Below are positions 46,894 through 56,492 of a stretch of 64,000 bases of DNA, piece after piece. Positions within the stretch are counted from its first letter, which is position 1, and the number at the start of each line of letters is the position of its first letter. The notes beneath the pieces were generated by a model. That model was not told where the DNA came from. It did not search any database and saw only the letters and a program-made list of their open reading frames with translations. Source of the DNA: an uncultured bacterium (lineage in GTDB: Bacteria > UBP14 > UBA6098 > B30-G16); assembly GCA_965552135.1 (NCBI GenBank), contig CBEVQY010000002.1:32001-96000 (forward strand). The letters are read 5' to 3'. The position numbers and the translations under genes were made by a program.

Positions 46894-47400
46894 TCAGGCT
46901 TTAAGCTTTGGGACGGCTTGTGCGAGGACGCCAACAACCGCTCCTGCGACAATCGACCACAGCGCCGACGCGGGGACAAACCAAGCGAAAAACTCCCCTC
47001 TCCCCATAAGCGCCGCAGCGACCGAGATCTGCGCAAGCTGGTGCGAGAAAGCCCCAGCCACGCTCACGCCGACGGCGGAGAAGGCTCTGCCGAGTGCCGG
47101 CATCATAAGCGCCATAGCCGCGCATGCGCACAGCGTTCCCGCCAGCGAGAGCAGGAAAGCGGGCGAGGCTATTTTGCCGAGCATCACGGAGCCCACAGCG
47201 GTCCTTGCAAGCGCAACGGCCACGCCCGTGGAGACGCCGAGATCGCGCATCGCAACGATGACGACGACGTACGAAAGCCCTGGCTTCATCCACGGCGCAG
47301 GCCGCGGGAGGAACTCCTCGACGATCCACACCGCCAACGCCAGCGCAGAAAGCACACTTATCCGCGCCAGGCGCGAAAGCCTTTTACCGGAGTATGGCAT
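46894..47400 (-). CDS. Gx transporter family ('heptaprenyl diphosphate synthase component I'/EetB-like) membrane protein
   Basis: E..LP.P.P..KPGL, SLAG, S.VGVSVAGA.SHQLAQ motifs. Confidence 0.85.
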   Translation of the reverse strand: MPYSGKRLSRLARISVLSALALAVWIVEEFLPRPAPWMKPGLSYVVVIVAMRDLGVSTGVAVALARTAVGSVMLGKIASPAFLLSLAGTLCACAAMALMMPALGRAFSAVGVSVAGAFSHQLAQISVAAALMGRGEFFAWFVPASALWSIVAGAVVGVLAQAVPKLKA

Positions 47401-47761
47401 CGTACCTGCACCTGCCCTCCGCAGCCACGAAAAGCCCGTTCGGAACGCAGACTATCACCTGGCCCGCCCTGGATATCTCTCCAGCCTTTACGCAAAGTTT
47501 TTTGGGGCAGCTGGAGCTTACGATTCGCGCTGCGCCGCCACTGATGGAGACGACCACATCGCCCAACGGCGCATCGACCACGATGGTCGTATCTGCGTTT
47601 GCCGGCACCGCCGCAACGACACGACCGCCAACCACAACGACAAACCGCCGCGCATCCTCCGAACGGCGAAGCGCAAAGGGCAACACGCCAACGACGACCA
47701 CAACGGCGAAAACGATAAAGTCGCCCCACCGAAGGGAAAAAAGGCGCCTTATCTTATCCAT
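47384..47761 (-). CDS. NusG domain II-containing (DUF1312/EetA-like) protein
   Basis: N-terminal TM helix; SSCPKKLCVKAGEI...GQVIVCVPN signature; adjacent to the Gx transporter. Confidence 0.88.
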   Translation of the reverse strand: MDKIRRLFSLRWGDFIVFAVVVVVGVLPFALRRSEDARRFVVVVGGRVVAAVPANADTTIVVDAPLGDVVVSISGGAARIVSSSCPKKLCVKAGEISRAGQVIVCVPNGLFVAAEGRCRYDAILR

Positions 47762-48717
47762 CCGTGCTCCCGGTACCACTGCACCGTCTTCGAAACGCCG
47801 GCTTCAAGATCAAACCTTGGACTGAAGCCAAGCTGACGGGATATTTTGCTCGAGTCGGCAACCCAGGGAGAGAGTAGCTCCCGGACCTTTTGGAAGGATA
47901 GCAGCGGCGCCCTTTGCGCGACGAGTGACCACGCCTCGTCGAGCACAGCAGCGCCCCACAAAGCCAGCGCGGGGAGCCTGATTATAGGTCTTCCGCCGAA
48001 GGCGCGGGAGACGACGCGGGCAAACTCCCCCCACGTGTGCACAGCGCCGTCGGTGACGAAGTACGTCTCCCCCACCGCCGACGGATGCTCCATCGAGAGG
48101 ACCACAGCCTCCGCGAGGTCCTCGACGTACACGATGGAGAACCTTCGCTTCGGGTCGCCGACGACGGGAACAAAACCCATGCTCGCAAGCCTGAAGTAAA
48201 AGAAGATGTCCCTGTCCCTGGGGCCATAGACCGCCGGCGGGCGGATCACCGTCACGGGAAGCCTGTCGGCAAACTCGTTGGCGTACCTTTCGCCCAAAAG
48301 CTTGCTTTTGCCGTAGTCGGAGAGCGGAGCTGGCAGCGTGTCTTCGCCTATGGGTTTGTCTGAGGGTCGAACGGCGGCAAGCGAACTCACGAGGACAAAG
48401 CGCTCAAGCTTTGGCGCGCGGCGCCCGCACCACTCAAGCCAAAGGCGAACTGCCTCGCCGTTCACCTCGAAAAGGTCGCTGCGCCTGCGGGCTTTGGTCA
48501 AACCCGCGATGTGCACGAAATAGTCGGGGGGATCAACATCGCTGACCGTGTCGGGGGCAAGGAGATCGCACCTTATCACATCGACGCCTTCGGGCAGGTG
48601 GTCGGTTCTGCTTGTGCCCCTCGCCAGGACCACCACGCCAAACCCCCTGCGCGCCAAAAGCTCAACAACTGCGCTGCCTACAAAACCCGTCCCACCTGTG
48701 ACGAAAACCCTCTTCAT
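47749..48717 (-). CDS. NAD-dependent epimerase/dehydratase (extended SDR)
   Basis: VFVTGGTGFVG, HIAG, VSSLAA, YGKSK, RPPAVYGPRD. ATG 48717 lies in an ATGA overlap. Confidence 0.92.
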   Translation of the reverse strand: MKRVFVTGGTGFVGSAVVELLARRGFGVVVLARGTSRTDHLPEGVDVIRCDLLAPDTVSDVDPPDYFVHIAGLTKARRRSDLFEVNGEAVRLWLEWCGRRAPKLERFVLVSSLAAVRPSDKPIGEDTLPAPLSDYGKSKLLGERYANEFADRLPVTVIRPPAVYGPRDRDIFFYFRLASMGFVPVVGDPKRRFSIVYVEDLAEAVVLSMEHPSAVGETYFVTDGAVHTWGEFARVVSRAFGGRPIIRLPALALWGAAVLDEAWSLVAQRAPLLSFQKVRELLSPWVADSSKISRQLGFSPRFDLEAGVSKTVQWYREHGWIR

Positions 48718-50051
48718 CGCCTGCCGCGGCTTTTGAAGATCTTCGCGAACCATCCGAATCCCGAAAACCGCGCCTCGTAGGTGACGCGGTACAGCATCAC
48801 CGCCCCCAGAACAAGCATAAGTATATTCCCGCTCCACATAGCCAGCGCTGGAGGGAGGATGCCCCTGTCGGCAAGCTCCTCGCCACCTATGAGGAACGCC
48901 CAGTAGACGAGGAAGAATCCGAACGAGAGCCCCACCGCCATCCCCAGCCCGCCTCTGCGCGCCCAAGCGCCAACCGGCGCACCAACCAAAAGAAAAGCCA
49001 AACACGCAAAGGGGAGCGAATACTTCTTGTGAAGCTCGACTTTGAGCTTTCGCATATAACGTGTGGCGTCGCGGAGCTCCACAAGCTGCCGCCTGAGGCG
49101 GGCAAGCACCTTCTTTTGGCGCAGAAGCGCTCGCTTTGTGGGGTTAGCCCTGAGTCGCCACTGGCGCCCGCGCGGGCGAAAGAGGGAGTCGACGGCGCAG
49201 GCGACTATGCTGCGCATGGCACATCGGGCTTTCTCTATGCGACGCGCAGTCTCAGATATCCTGTCCTTCAAAGCCGATATCGAAAGCTCTCTGTCGCCTC
49301 GGCGTGCGAGCTTTGCCTCGCCAAGCCTTGTGCCCAGATCCCCGATCCTTATCACCTGGCGGCTGAATCGCGCCCGTATGTATCGCTCGGGGTCGTCGGG
49401 GTCGAGCTCGTGGATCTCGCCGTTTTTCAGCGTGAAGACGACGGCATCTCCCTGCGGGTCGTAGCGAACTTCGCCCTCGGGCGCAACTATCACGCGAGGC
49501 TTCTGACCGCGGCGCTTCTCGTAAAGCGTTACGCCGTAGAGCTTGCCCGCCCTGTCGTCCACGCGATCAACGTAAAGCTCTATGCCGGGGAACTCGTCGA
49601 TGAAGACCCTGGGACGAAGCGTCGTAAGCGGCTTTTTGCGGTGTATCTGCACCATAAGCACCTTTGCGCGGTAGTTGGCTTCGGGAACGACCTTATCGCC
49701 GAAAAGCACCATACCAACCGAAACAGCCGCCATAGCCAAAGCCGCGGGCAGCATAAGCCTCCAAAACGGTATCCCCAAGGCTTTTGCCGCAGTTATCTCG
49801 CTGTCGCCCGAAAGCCTGCCGAAAGCCATAAGAGAAGCGACAAGGCTCGACATCGGCACCGCAAGCGAGAACATCCAGGCGAGGTTATACAGAAAAAGCC
49901 TTAGCACCACAAAAACGCCAACGCCCTTGGCGATTATCAGATTGAGGATGTCGAGCAAAAAATCAAGAAGGAGCACGAAAAGTATAACCCCAAGCCCGCC
50001 CAGAAAGGGCGGGATAAGCTCGCGGATTATGTACCTGTCGAGAACCTTCAC
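48714..50051 (-). CDS. lptF: LptF/LptG family LPS export permease
   Basis: LDRYIIRE, AVPMS.L, FGRLSGDSEITA.KA.G, ELHKKYSLPFACLAF.LVGAP.G, AMW..N. Confidence 0.88.
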   Translation of the reverse strand: MKVLDRYIIRELIPPFLGGLGVILFVLLLDFLLDILNLIIAKGVGVFVVLRLFLYNLAWMFSLAVPMSSLVASLMAFGRLSGDSEITAAKALGIPFWRLMLPAALAMAAVSVGMVLFGDKVVPEANYRAKVLMVQIHRKKPLTTLRPRVFIDEFPGIELYVDRVDDRAGKLYGVTLYEKRRGQKPRVIVAPEGEVRYDPQGDAVVFTLKNGEIHELDPDDPERYIRARFSRQVIRIGDLGTRLGEAKLARRGDRELSISALKDRISETARRIEKARCAMRSIVACAVDSLFRPRGRQWRLRANPTKRALLRQKKVLARLRRQLVELRDATRYMRKLKVELHKKYSLPFACLAFLLVGAPVGAWARRGGLGMAVGLSFGFFLVYWAFLIGGEELADRGILPPALAMWSGNILMLVLGAVMLYRVTYEARFSGFGWFAKIFKSRGRR

Positions 50052-50060
50052 CCAAAGGGC

Positions 50061-50252
50061 TTAGTTGTCGCCTGCCCGCCTGTCGGCAAGAAGCTTGCCC
50101 CTTATGCCCACGTTCTCGGGCGGATTCTCCTTCACAAGAACAACTATGTGCTCTATCCCGTAGACCTCAAAAGCGACCTCGTAAACGCCCTTGACGAGCT
50201 TTCGCTTCTGCTCAACGCTTATGGGCGGACCCTCGACCACAACAGTCGGCAT
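50061..50252 (-). CDS. 4-oxalocrotonate tautomerase family protein (DmpI-like)
   Basis: Catalytic Pro after the initiator Met (MPTVVVEGP), QKRKLV, ENPPENVGIRGKLL; GGAGG RBS. Confidence 0.88.
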   Translation of the reverse strand: MPTVVVEGPPISVEQKRKLVKGVYEVAFEVYGIEHIVVLVKENPPENVGIRGKLLADRRAGDN

Positions 50253-50388
50253 CGGAAACCTCCCTGAAAGGCGTTAGCCTGCAGTCTAAAAAAAGCATTG
50301 GCGCTTCGTCTGACAAGAGGATTATCAAGCCGTTTGCGTTCGGCACCCAAACAAGTTATTTTGTTTTGTTTGGATGCGGGAGGTTTCT

Positions 50389-52845
50389 ATGCCGTTTGAG
50401 GAGGCTCGCCAGGACATCCTGCCTGTGGACATCGAGGAGGAGATGAAGCGCTCCTACCTCGACTACGCCATGAGCACCATAGTTGGTCGTGCGCTGCCGG
50501 ACGTTCGGGATGGGCTCAAGCCCGTTCAGCGCAGAATCCTCTACTCGATGTACGAGATGGGCAACCTCCACAACAAGCCCTACAAGAAATCCGCCCGGGT
50601 CGTTGGTGACGTTATGGGGAAGTACCATCCCCACGGCGACGCAGCGATATACGACGCCCTCGTTCGGATGGCGCAGGACTTTTCGATGAGGTACGTCCTT
50701 GTGGACGGTCAGGGCAACTTTGGCTCCGTCGACGGCGACGCCCCCGCGGCGATGCGATACACCGAGGTTCGGATGTCGCGGCTTGCCGAAGAGCTTTTGG
50801 CGGACATCGACGAGGAGACCGTCGACTTCGTCCCCAACTACGACAACACCCTCAGGGAGCCGCGGTTTCTGCCGGCGAAGTTCCCGAACCTGCTCGTAAA
50901 CGGCGCATCTGGCATAGCCGTTGGGATGGCGACGAACATCCCGCCGCACAACCTCGCCGAGGTCGTCGACGCACTGCTGCACCTCATCGAAAACCCGGAC
51001 TGCACCGTCCAGGACCTCATGCGGTTCCTGCCCGGTCCGGACTTCCCCACGGCGGGCTTTATAATAGGCAGGGGCGGTATAAGGGAAGCCTACGAGACCG
51101 GTCGTGGGATAATCACGCTGCGCGCGAGGATGTACGTCGAGCAGGGGCAGCGCGGCGCAAGAGACAAGATCGTCGTAACGGAAATACCGTATCAGGTGAA
51201 CAAGGCGCAGCTCATAGAGCAGATAGCCGCCCTCGTCCAGTCGGAGCGGCTAAAGGAGATAGCCGACATCCGCGACGAGTCCGACAGGGAGGGCATGCGC
51301 GTGGTCATAGAGCTCAAGCGCGGAGAAAACCCACAGATAGTTGTGAACAAGCTCTACAAGCTCACCAAGCTTCAGACGAGCTACGGTATAATAATGCTTG
51401 CGCTTGTTGATGGTCGACCGCGCGTGCTCAACCTCAAGCAGATGCTCGCCGCCTACATCGACCACAGGCGCCAGGTGGTGATAAGGCGAACCCGATTCAG
51501 GCTTCGCAAGGCGCGGCAAAAAGCCCACATACTTGAGGGGCTCAAAACCGCCCTCGAGAACATCGACAAGGTCATAAACATAATCCGCAAAAGCAAAGAC
51601 ACCCAAACCGCTAAAGCGAGCCTTATGAGCCTGCTTTCCCTCTCGGATGCTCAGGCACAGGCGATACTCGACATGCGCCTGGCGCGCCTAACCTCCCTCG
51701 AGCGGTCAAAGCTTTTGGCGGAGCTTAAGGACACGCTGATGCTCATAGAAAAGCTTGAGGGCATTCTCGCAAGCCCACAGAAGGTGCTCGACGTCGTCGC
51801 GGAGGAACTCGCGGAGATCAAAAAGGAATACGCCGACGAGAGGCGCACCCAGATCCTCGACGAGGAGGGTGAGATAGCGATCGAGGACATAATAGCCGAC
51901 GAGGAGATGGTCGTTTCGGTCACGAGGGGGTGCTACATAAAGCGGACGCCGGTTTCGCTGTACCAGTCGCAGCGGCGAGGCGGAAGAGGCAAAACGGCGA
52001 TGTCGACGAAGGAGGAGGACTTCGTGGAGAACCTGTTCGTCGCATCCTCACACGACACTATGATATTCTTCACCAAAAAGGGCAAGGCATACTCCCTCAA
52101 GGTCTACGAGATTCCCGAAGCCGGGCGGTACTCGAAGGGGACGGCGATAGTGAACCTGCTCCAGCTCGAGCCCGGGGATTCCATAGCCGCCACGGTCTCC
52201 ACGCGGGAGTTTTCGGAGGATGCCTTCGTCCTGTTCGCGACGCGGAAGGGCTACGTCAAAAGGACGCCGCTTTCCGCCTTCCGGAACGCCCGACGGAGGG
52301 GGATCGTCGCGATAGACGTCCCCCAGGACGACGAGCTTATAGCCTGCGAGATAGCCTCACAGGACGAGGACGTGATGCTTGTGACCCGCGGGGGGATTTC
52401 GATCCGTTTTCCCGTCGGTCAGGTCAGGGCAATGGGGCGCACCGCAAGGGGCGTTATAGGCATAAGGCTTCGCGAGGGCGATGAGGTCGTCGCGATGGTG
52501 GTCGTAAAGGACGAGGGGAGCACGATCCTCTTTGCCGCCGAAAACGGCTACGGCAAGCGCACGAAAACCTCCGAGTTCAGGCGCCAGAGTCGGGCTGGCT
52601 TCGGGGTCATAGCGATGCGCACCACCGAAAAGACCGGTCCCGTGGTCGGCGCAGTCGAGGTGACCGACGAGGACGAGATCGTAATGGTCAACTCCGACGG
52701 AATGCTTGTGAGGACATCCGCGGGCGGGATATCCGTCATGGGGCGCGCCACGCAGGGGGTAAAGCTCATAGCGCTTGCGCCCGGACAGAAGCTCACAGGG
52801 CTTGCCAAGGTGGTCGAAAAGGAGCAGCAGGAGCAACCCATCTAA
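50389..52845 (+). CDS. gyrA: DNA gyrase subunit A
   Basis: [30 protein letters not shown] (catalytic Tyr), GyrA-box QRRGGRG, C-terminal pinwheel repeats; GGAGG RBS before ATG 50389. Confidence 0.98.
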   Translation: MPFEEARQDILPVDIEEEMKRSYLDYAMSTIVGRALPDVRDGLKPVQRRILYSMYEMGNLHNKPYKKSARVVGDVMGKYHPHGDAAIYDALVRMAQDFSMRYVLVDGQGNFGSVDGDAPAAMRYTEVRMSRLAEELLADIDEETVDFVPNYDNTLREPRFLPAKFPNLLVNGASGIAVGMATNIPPHNLAEVVDALLHLIENPDCTVQDLMRFLPGPDFPTAGFIIGRGGIREAYETGRGIITLRARMYVEQGQRGARDKIVVTEIPYQVNKAQLIEQIAALVQSERLKEIADIRDESDREGMRVVIELKRGENPQIVVNKLYKLTKLQTSYGIIMLALVDGRPRVLNLKQMLAAYIDHRRQVVIRRTRFRLRKARQKAHILEGLKTALENIDKVINIIRKSKDTQTAKASLMSLLSLSDAQAQAILDMRLARLTSLERSKLLAELKDTLMLIEKLEGILASPQKVLDVVAEELAEIKKEYADERRTQILDEEGEIAIEDIIADEEMVVSVTRGCYIKRTPVSLYQSQRRGGRGKTAMSTKEEDFVENLFVASSHDTMIFFTKKGKAYSLKVYEIPEAGRYSKGTAIVNLLQLEPGDSIAATVSTREFSEDAFVLFATRKGYVKRTPLSAFRNARRRGIVAIDVPQDDELIACEIASQDEDVMLVTRGGISIRFPVGQVRAMGRTARGVIGIRLREGDEVVAMVVVKDEGSTILFAAENGYGKRTKTSEFRRQSRAGFGVIAMRTTEKTGPVVGAVEVTDEDEIVMVNSDGMLVRTSAGGISVMGRATQGVKLIALAPGQKLTGLAKVVEKEQQEQPI

Positions 52846-53107
52846 GCGTCGCCCCCGCGGGAGCTCAGCGCACCCGAAGATAACACGCCGCCAACCGAAG
52901 CGCCCAAGCGAAAAAGAGTCCTCGTAAGCACCTGCGGAAACGCAGCGCCGAAGATCTTGGCGCCCCCGCCCAAGGCCTTCCCTGGCGCCCGTCCCGTAGA
53001 TGCCACCATCGAAAGCCCGGAAAGCCACCGTCAAAACCTTGCCGCCCCGAACGCAGCCCAAATGAGGCAACAAGCCGGCCCCACAGGCGGGGGCTCTTCG
53101 AAAAGGC

Positions 53108-54385
53108 TCACATCCGCTCGATTATCGCCGTGGCAAACTCAGACGTCCTTATGGGCTCCACGCCCTCCATCTGGCGCGCGAGGTCGTAGGTGACCTTCTT
53201 GTCCTGGATGGCGCGCTCAAGACCCTTCTCGATCAGGTCGGCGGCTTCGTTCCAGCCGATGTAGCGGAGCATCATAACGCCCGAGAGGGTGAGGGAGCCC
53301 GGATTGACCTTATCCATGCCACGGTATTTCGGCGCCGTTCCGTGGGTAGCCTCGAAGAGGGCGATGTAGTCGCCGATGTTTGCGCCGGGCGCCATCCCCA
53401 GGCCGCCAACCTGCGCGGCAGCAGCATCGGACATATAATCGCCGTTTAGGTTCGGCATCGCCAGAACATCGTACTCGGCAGGGCGAAGCAGAAGCTGCTG
53501 GAACATCTGGTCGGCGATCCTGTCCTTGATGACGATCCTTCCGCCGGGGTCTCCCGGAGGTCTTCCGCCGCGAAGGTGGGCAAAGGCGCCCTCCTTGTGA
53601 TAGGGCGTAACGCCGTCCTCGCCCTTCACCATATCCCAAAGCTCGTCCTCAGTTATCACGTAATCCCTGAACTCCTCAAGCGCCACCTCGTAGCCCCAGT
53701 TCTTGAAGGCACCCTCGGTGAACTTCATTATGTTGCCTTTGTGGACGAGGGTGACGCTTTTGCGGTTGTTCTCGATGGCGTACTTTATCGCCTTGCGGAC
53801 GAGTCGCTTCGTGCCGGTCTCGGAGATGGGCTTTATCCCTATCCCCGAGTCGGGGCGGATCTTTTTGCCGAACTCCTTGTCGATAAACTCGATTATCTTT
53901 TTTGCCTCGGGCGAGCCCATTTCCCACTCGATGCCGGCGTAAACGTCCTCGGTGTTTTCGCGGAAGACGACGACGTCCAGAAGCTCGGGGTGCTTCATCG
54001 GCGATGGAACGCCCTTGTACCACTTCACGGGTCGCACGCAGGCGTAGAGGTCGAGGACCTGGCGGAGCGTGACGTTTAGGCTCCTGTACCCACCGCCCAC
54101 GGGCGTCGTGAGCGGACCCTTGATGGCGACGATGTGCTCCCTTATCGCGTCTATAGTCTCCTGCGGAAGCCACTCGCCCTTCACCTTCTTCGCCTTTTCG
54201 CCGGCGTAGATCTCGAGCCAGTGGATCTTACGCTTGCCCCCGTAAGCCTTCTCCACTGCAGCGTTCCATATGCGCATCGAGGCGCTCATTATGTCGGGAC
54301 CGATCCCATCGCCCTCGATGAACGGGATAATCGGCTCGTCGGGAACGACAAGCTTCCCATCTACGACCTTGATCTTCTCCGCCAT
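53108..54385 (-). CDS. icd: NADP-dependent isocitrate dehydrogenase
   Basis: [66 protein letters not shown] and VTYDLAR (NADP determinants). Confidence 0.97.
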   Translation of the reverse strand: MAEKIKVVDGKLVVPDEPIIPFIEGDGIGPDIMSASMRIWNAAVEKAYGGKRKIHWLEIYAGEKAKKVKGEWLPQETIDAIREHIVAIKGPLTTPVGGGYRSLNVTLRQVLDLYACVRPVKWYKGVPSPMKHPELLDVVVFRENTEDVYAGIEWEMGSPEAKKIIEFIDKEFGKKIRPDSGIGIKPISETGTKRLVRKAIKYAIENNRKSVTLVHKGNIMKFTEGAFKNWGYEVALEEFRDYVITEDELWDMVKGEDGVTPYHKEGAFAHLRGGRPPGDPGGRIVIKDRIADQMFQQLLLRPAEYDVLAMPNLNGDYMSDAAAAQVGGLGMAPGANIGDYIALFEATHGTAPKYRGMDKVNPGSLTLSGVMMLRYIGWNEAADLIEKGLERAIQDKKVTYDLARQMEGVEPIRTSEFATAIIERM

Positions 54386-54408
54386 ACCCTCCTCCTTTCA
54401 GCCTACAC

Positions 54409-55308
54409 TTACTTTGTAAATATGACCTTGGTTGCAAGCTTTCTTTTGCCATCCGTTGCGGTCGCAATGTACACTCCAGCGCCGAGCCTGACGTCGGGAT
54501 GCCAGACGTTGCCAAAAACTCTGTCCACAGCGCGCCCGCCAAGGTCGTAGATAACGACGTCCCAGCCCTCGGGCGCAGCTACAACGCACTCGGAGTTGAA
54601 GGGGTTCGGGAAAACGCGCAGAAGCAGATGCTGATCAGGCGTCCTCATCTCATCAACCTTCGTCACCGAGTAGCTTATAAGCTCACTTTGCGTTTCGGTG
54701 CCCGTGAACGCATCGGTCGCGTGGTATTTTGCCACCCCGACCTCAGGCGCAAGCCAATGGGTTATCGGCGGCACAGCTCCGCTGTCGGAGTAAATCACCA
54801 TACCGCCCATCGAGACCTCTATTATATACCAACCGGACATCACGAGTCTGAGGCAGCTGGCAAACTCTCCCGCGGGCACGACAACATCCTCGAACCCATC
54901 GGCGCGCCCGGTAAGCTCAACGCGCAGCCAGTACGTATAACCCTCCTCATCCCAGGTCGAGTCCATCGTCATGGCGGGCCACTCGTCGCCTACCTCGAAG
55001 ATCGTCGGCATAAACTTCACAGGAGGCGAGGAAGTTTGCACCACGTAGTACCCGTCGTCGCGGATCTGGAAGTAGGTGGTGTCGAGGTCGCCTGCCGTGT
55101 AGGAGCTATCGACGGAGATGTAGGCGACGAAACCGTCCATCGTCGTAACATCAACGATCTTGCTCAGGATTGTATCGATCTCGCCCTCGGAGGAGTCGCG
55201 CATAACCCACCTGTTCCCAACGGCGAGTGGCATGTAGGTGCTTGCATCAAGCGCCCAAAGCGACGATGCAGCAAAGATCAAAACGAGCGCAACCCCAAAG
55301 CCGCGCAT
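54409..55308 (-). CDS. Secreted protein of unknown function with T9SS-type C-terminal domain
   Basis: Signal peptide; YMPLAVGNRW, V.VPAGEF..C, WLAPEVGVAK; C-terminal FPNPFN...IYDLGGR...GVY...KVIFTK. Confidence 0.8.
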   Translation of the reverse strand: MRGFGVALVLIFAASSLWALDASTYMPLAVGNRWVMRDSSEGEIDTILSKIVDVTTMDGFVAYISVDSSYTAGDLDTTYFQIRDDGYYVVQTSSPPVKFMPTIFEVGDEWPAMTMDSTWDEEGYTYWLRVELTGRADGFEDVVVPAGEFASCLRLVMSGWYIIEVSMGGMVIYSDSGAVPPITHWLAPEVGVAKYHATDAFTGTETQSELISYSVTKVDEMRTPDQHLLLRVFPNPFNSECVVAAPEGWDVVIYDLGGRAVDRVFGNVWHPDVRLGAGVYIATATDGKRKLATKVIFTK

Positions 55309-55328
55309 GGCAAAAACCCCCTTTTGAC

Positions 55329-55826
55329 TCACAAGGCGAAATCGCCGTGCTTTTTTATGTGCTCCTCTATCCCGCCGTCCTCGATGATCTTAAGCATAAC
55401 GGGCGGCATGGGCGTAGCCTTGACCTCGAAGCCTTTGGTCAAGTTCTTGATGACGCCCTTTTCGAGGTCGATCTCGACCTCATCGCCGGCGTCGAAGCGG
55501 TCGGTGTCGACCTCCAGGACGGGCAGACCGACGTTTATGGCGTTGCGGTAAAAGATTCTGGCGAACGACTTCGCGAGGATGCACGCAACCCCGGCAAGCT
55601 TTATTATCCTTGGCGCGTGTTCGCGCGATGAGCCAAGCCCAAAGTTCTTGCCCGCAACGATTATGTCGCCGGGCTTCACCTTCTTGGCAAACTCGGGGTC
55701 GGCGTCCTCGAGAACGTGCTTGGCAAGCTCGGGCAGGTTCGTCCGAAGGTGAAAATACCTGCCCGGCGCAATGTGATCGGTGGAGATGTTGTCGCCGAAC
55801 TTGTGGACCCTGCCGCGCAAAACCAT
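55329..55826 (-). CDS. leuD: Aconitase-family small subunit (LeuD/HacB/DmdB type)
   Basis: [51 protein letters not shown]. Confidence 0.9.
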   Translation of the reverse strand: MVLRGRVHKFGDNISTDHIAPGRYFHLRTNLPELAKHVLEDADPEFAKKVKPGDIIVAGKNFGLGSSREHAPRIIKLAGVACILAKSFARIFYRNAINVGLPVLEVDTDRFDAGDEVEIDLEKGVIKNLTKGFEVKATPMPPVMLKIIEDGGIEEHIKKHGDFAL

Positions 55827-55856
55827 CGAATACCCCCTTGCTGAAAACCTCCATCA

Positions 55857-55885
55857 AATTTAAAGGAGCTTGTCCTCGCTGGCAA
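55857..55885 (-). promoter_or_regulatory. Putative internal promoter for leuD and downstream genes
   Basis: Minus strand TTGCCA, 17 bp spacer, TAAATT, in an AT-rich patch upstream of leuD. Confidence 0.5.
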
Positions 55886-55918
55886 CACAAATCAAAAGAC
55901 GAACAGAGGCAACCCGCA

Positions 55919-56481
55919 CTATCGCCCCTTAAGCCCCTCAAGCTCCTTCCGGAGCCTCCTGTTCTCCTCCTCGAGCCTCTCGACACGCTCCAGAAGCTCC
56001 TTTATCGCCGCTGTGTTTATCGCAGTCATGTGGTCGTAGTTGAGGGCGTAGTGATCCGTCTTCCTCACAAGCTCAGGCAGAACCTGCTCCACCTCCTGCG
56101 CAATGAAACCGTAGTCGTATCTGCCCCTTACGGCGTGGTCGAGGTCCTTTGCGTCGGAATTCGGGTGGTTGTCGCTGCCGCAGACTATGCCGCTGAAGTC
56201 GCAGTCGGCGCCCATATCGTTATCCCCGTCGATGAAACTATGAAGGGCACCAGACGGAAAACGTTGTTTTCCTTCACCAATTGCGCTACCGCAGCGCGCA
56301 CCGTGCAGACCGCGCTAAAGTTGGGCATTCCTCGCCTCACCGCAACCTGTCCCCTCCCAATGAACCTTCACCCACAAGACGTCGCCGAGCGTAACATCAC
56401 AACGCCCCTCGCTGTTGAGCGTCACCAGGTGCGCCTCATCCCAGATGTTGTCGCACTTGTTGCGTCGTCATATAGAATAAA
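55919..56481 (-). pseudogene. Decayed remnant of a tail-fibre/adhesin-like gene with C-terminal peptidase S74 intramolecular chaperone
   Basis: The 3' ORF has YGFIAQEVEQVLPELV...LNYD......AIKEL plus a coiled coil (S74). Upstream broken frames read FILYDDATS / IWDEAHLVTLNSEGRCDVTLG..LWV / FSAVCTVRAAVA, with frameshifts and a stop. Confidence 0.7.
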
Positions 56482-56492
56482 AACGCCTGGAC

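Noticed and set aside
55919..56481. Prophage inferred from the S74 tail-fibre chaperone
   Set aside because: No other phage genes are nearby, and S74 domains also occur on cellular surface fibres.
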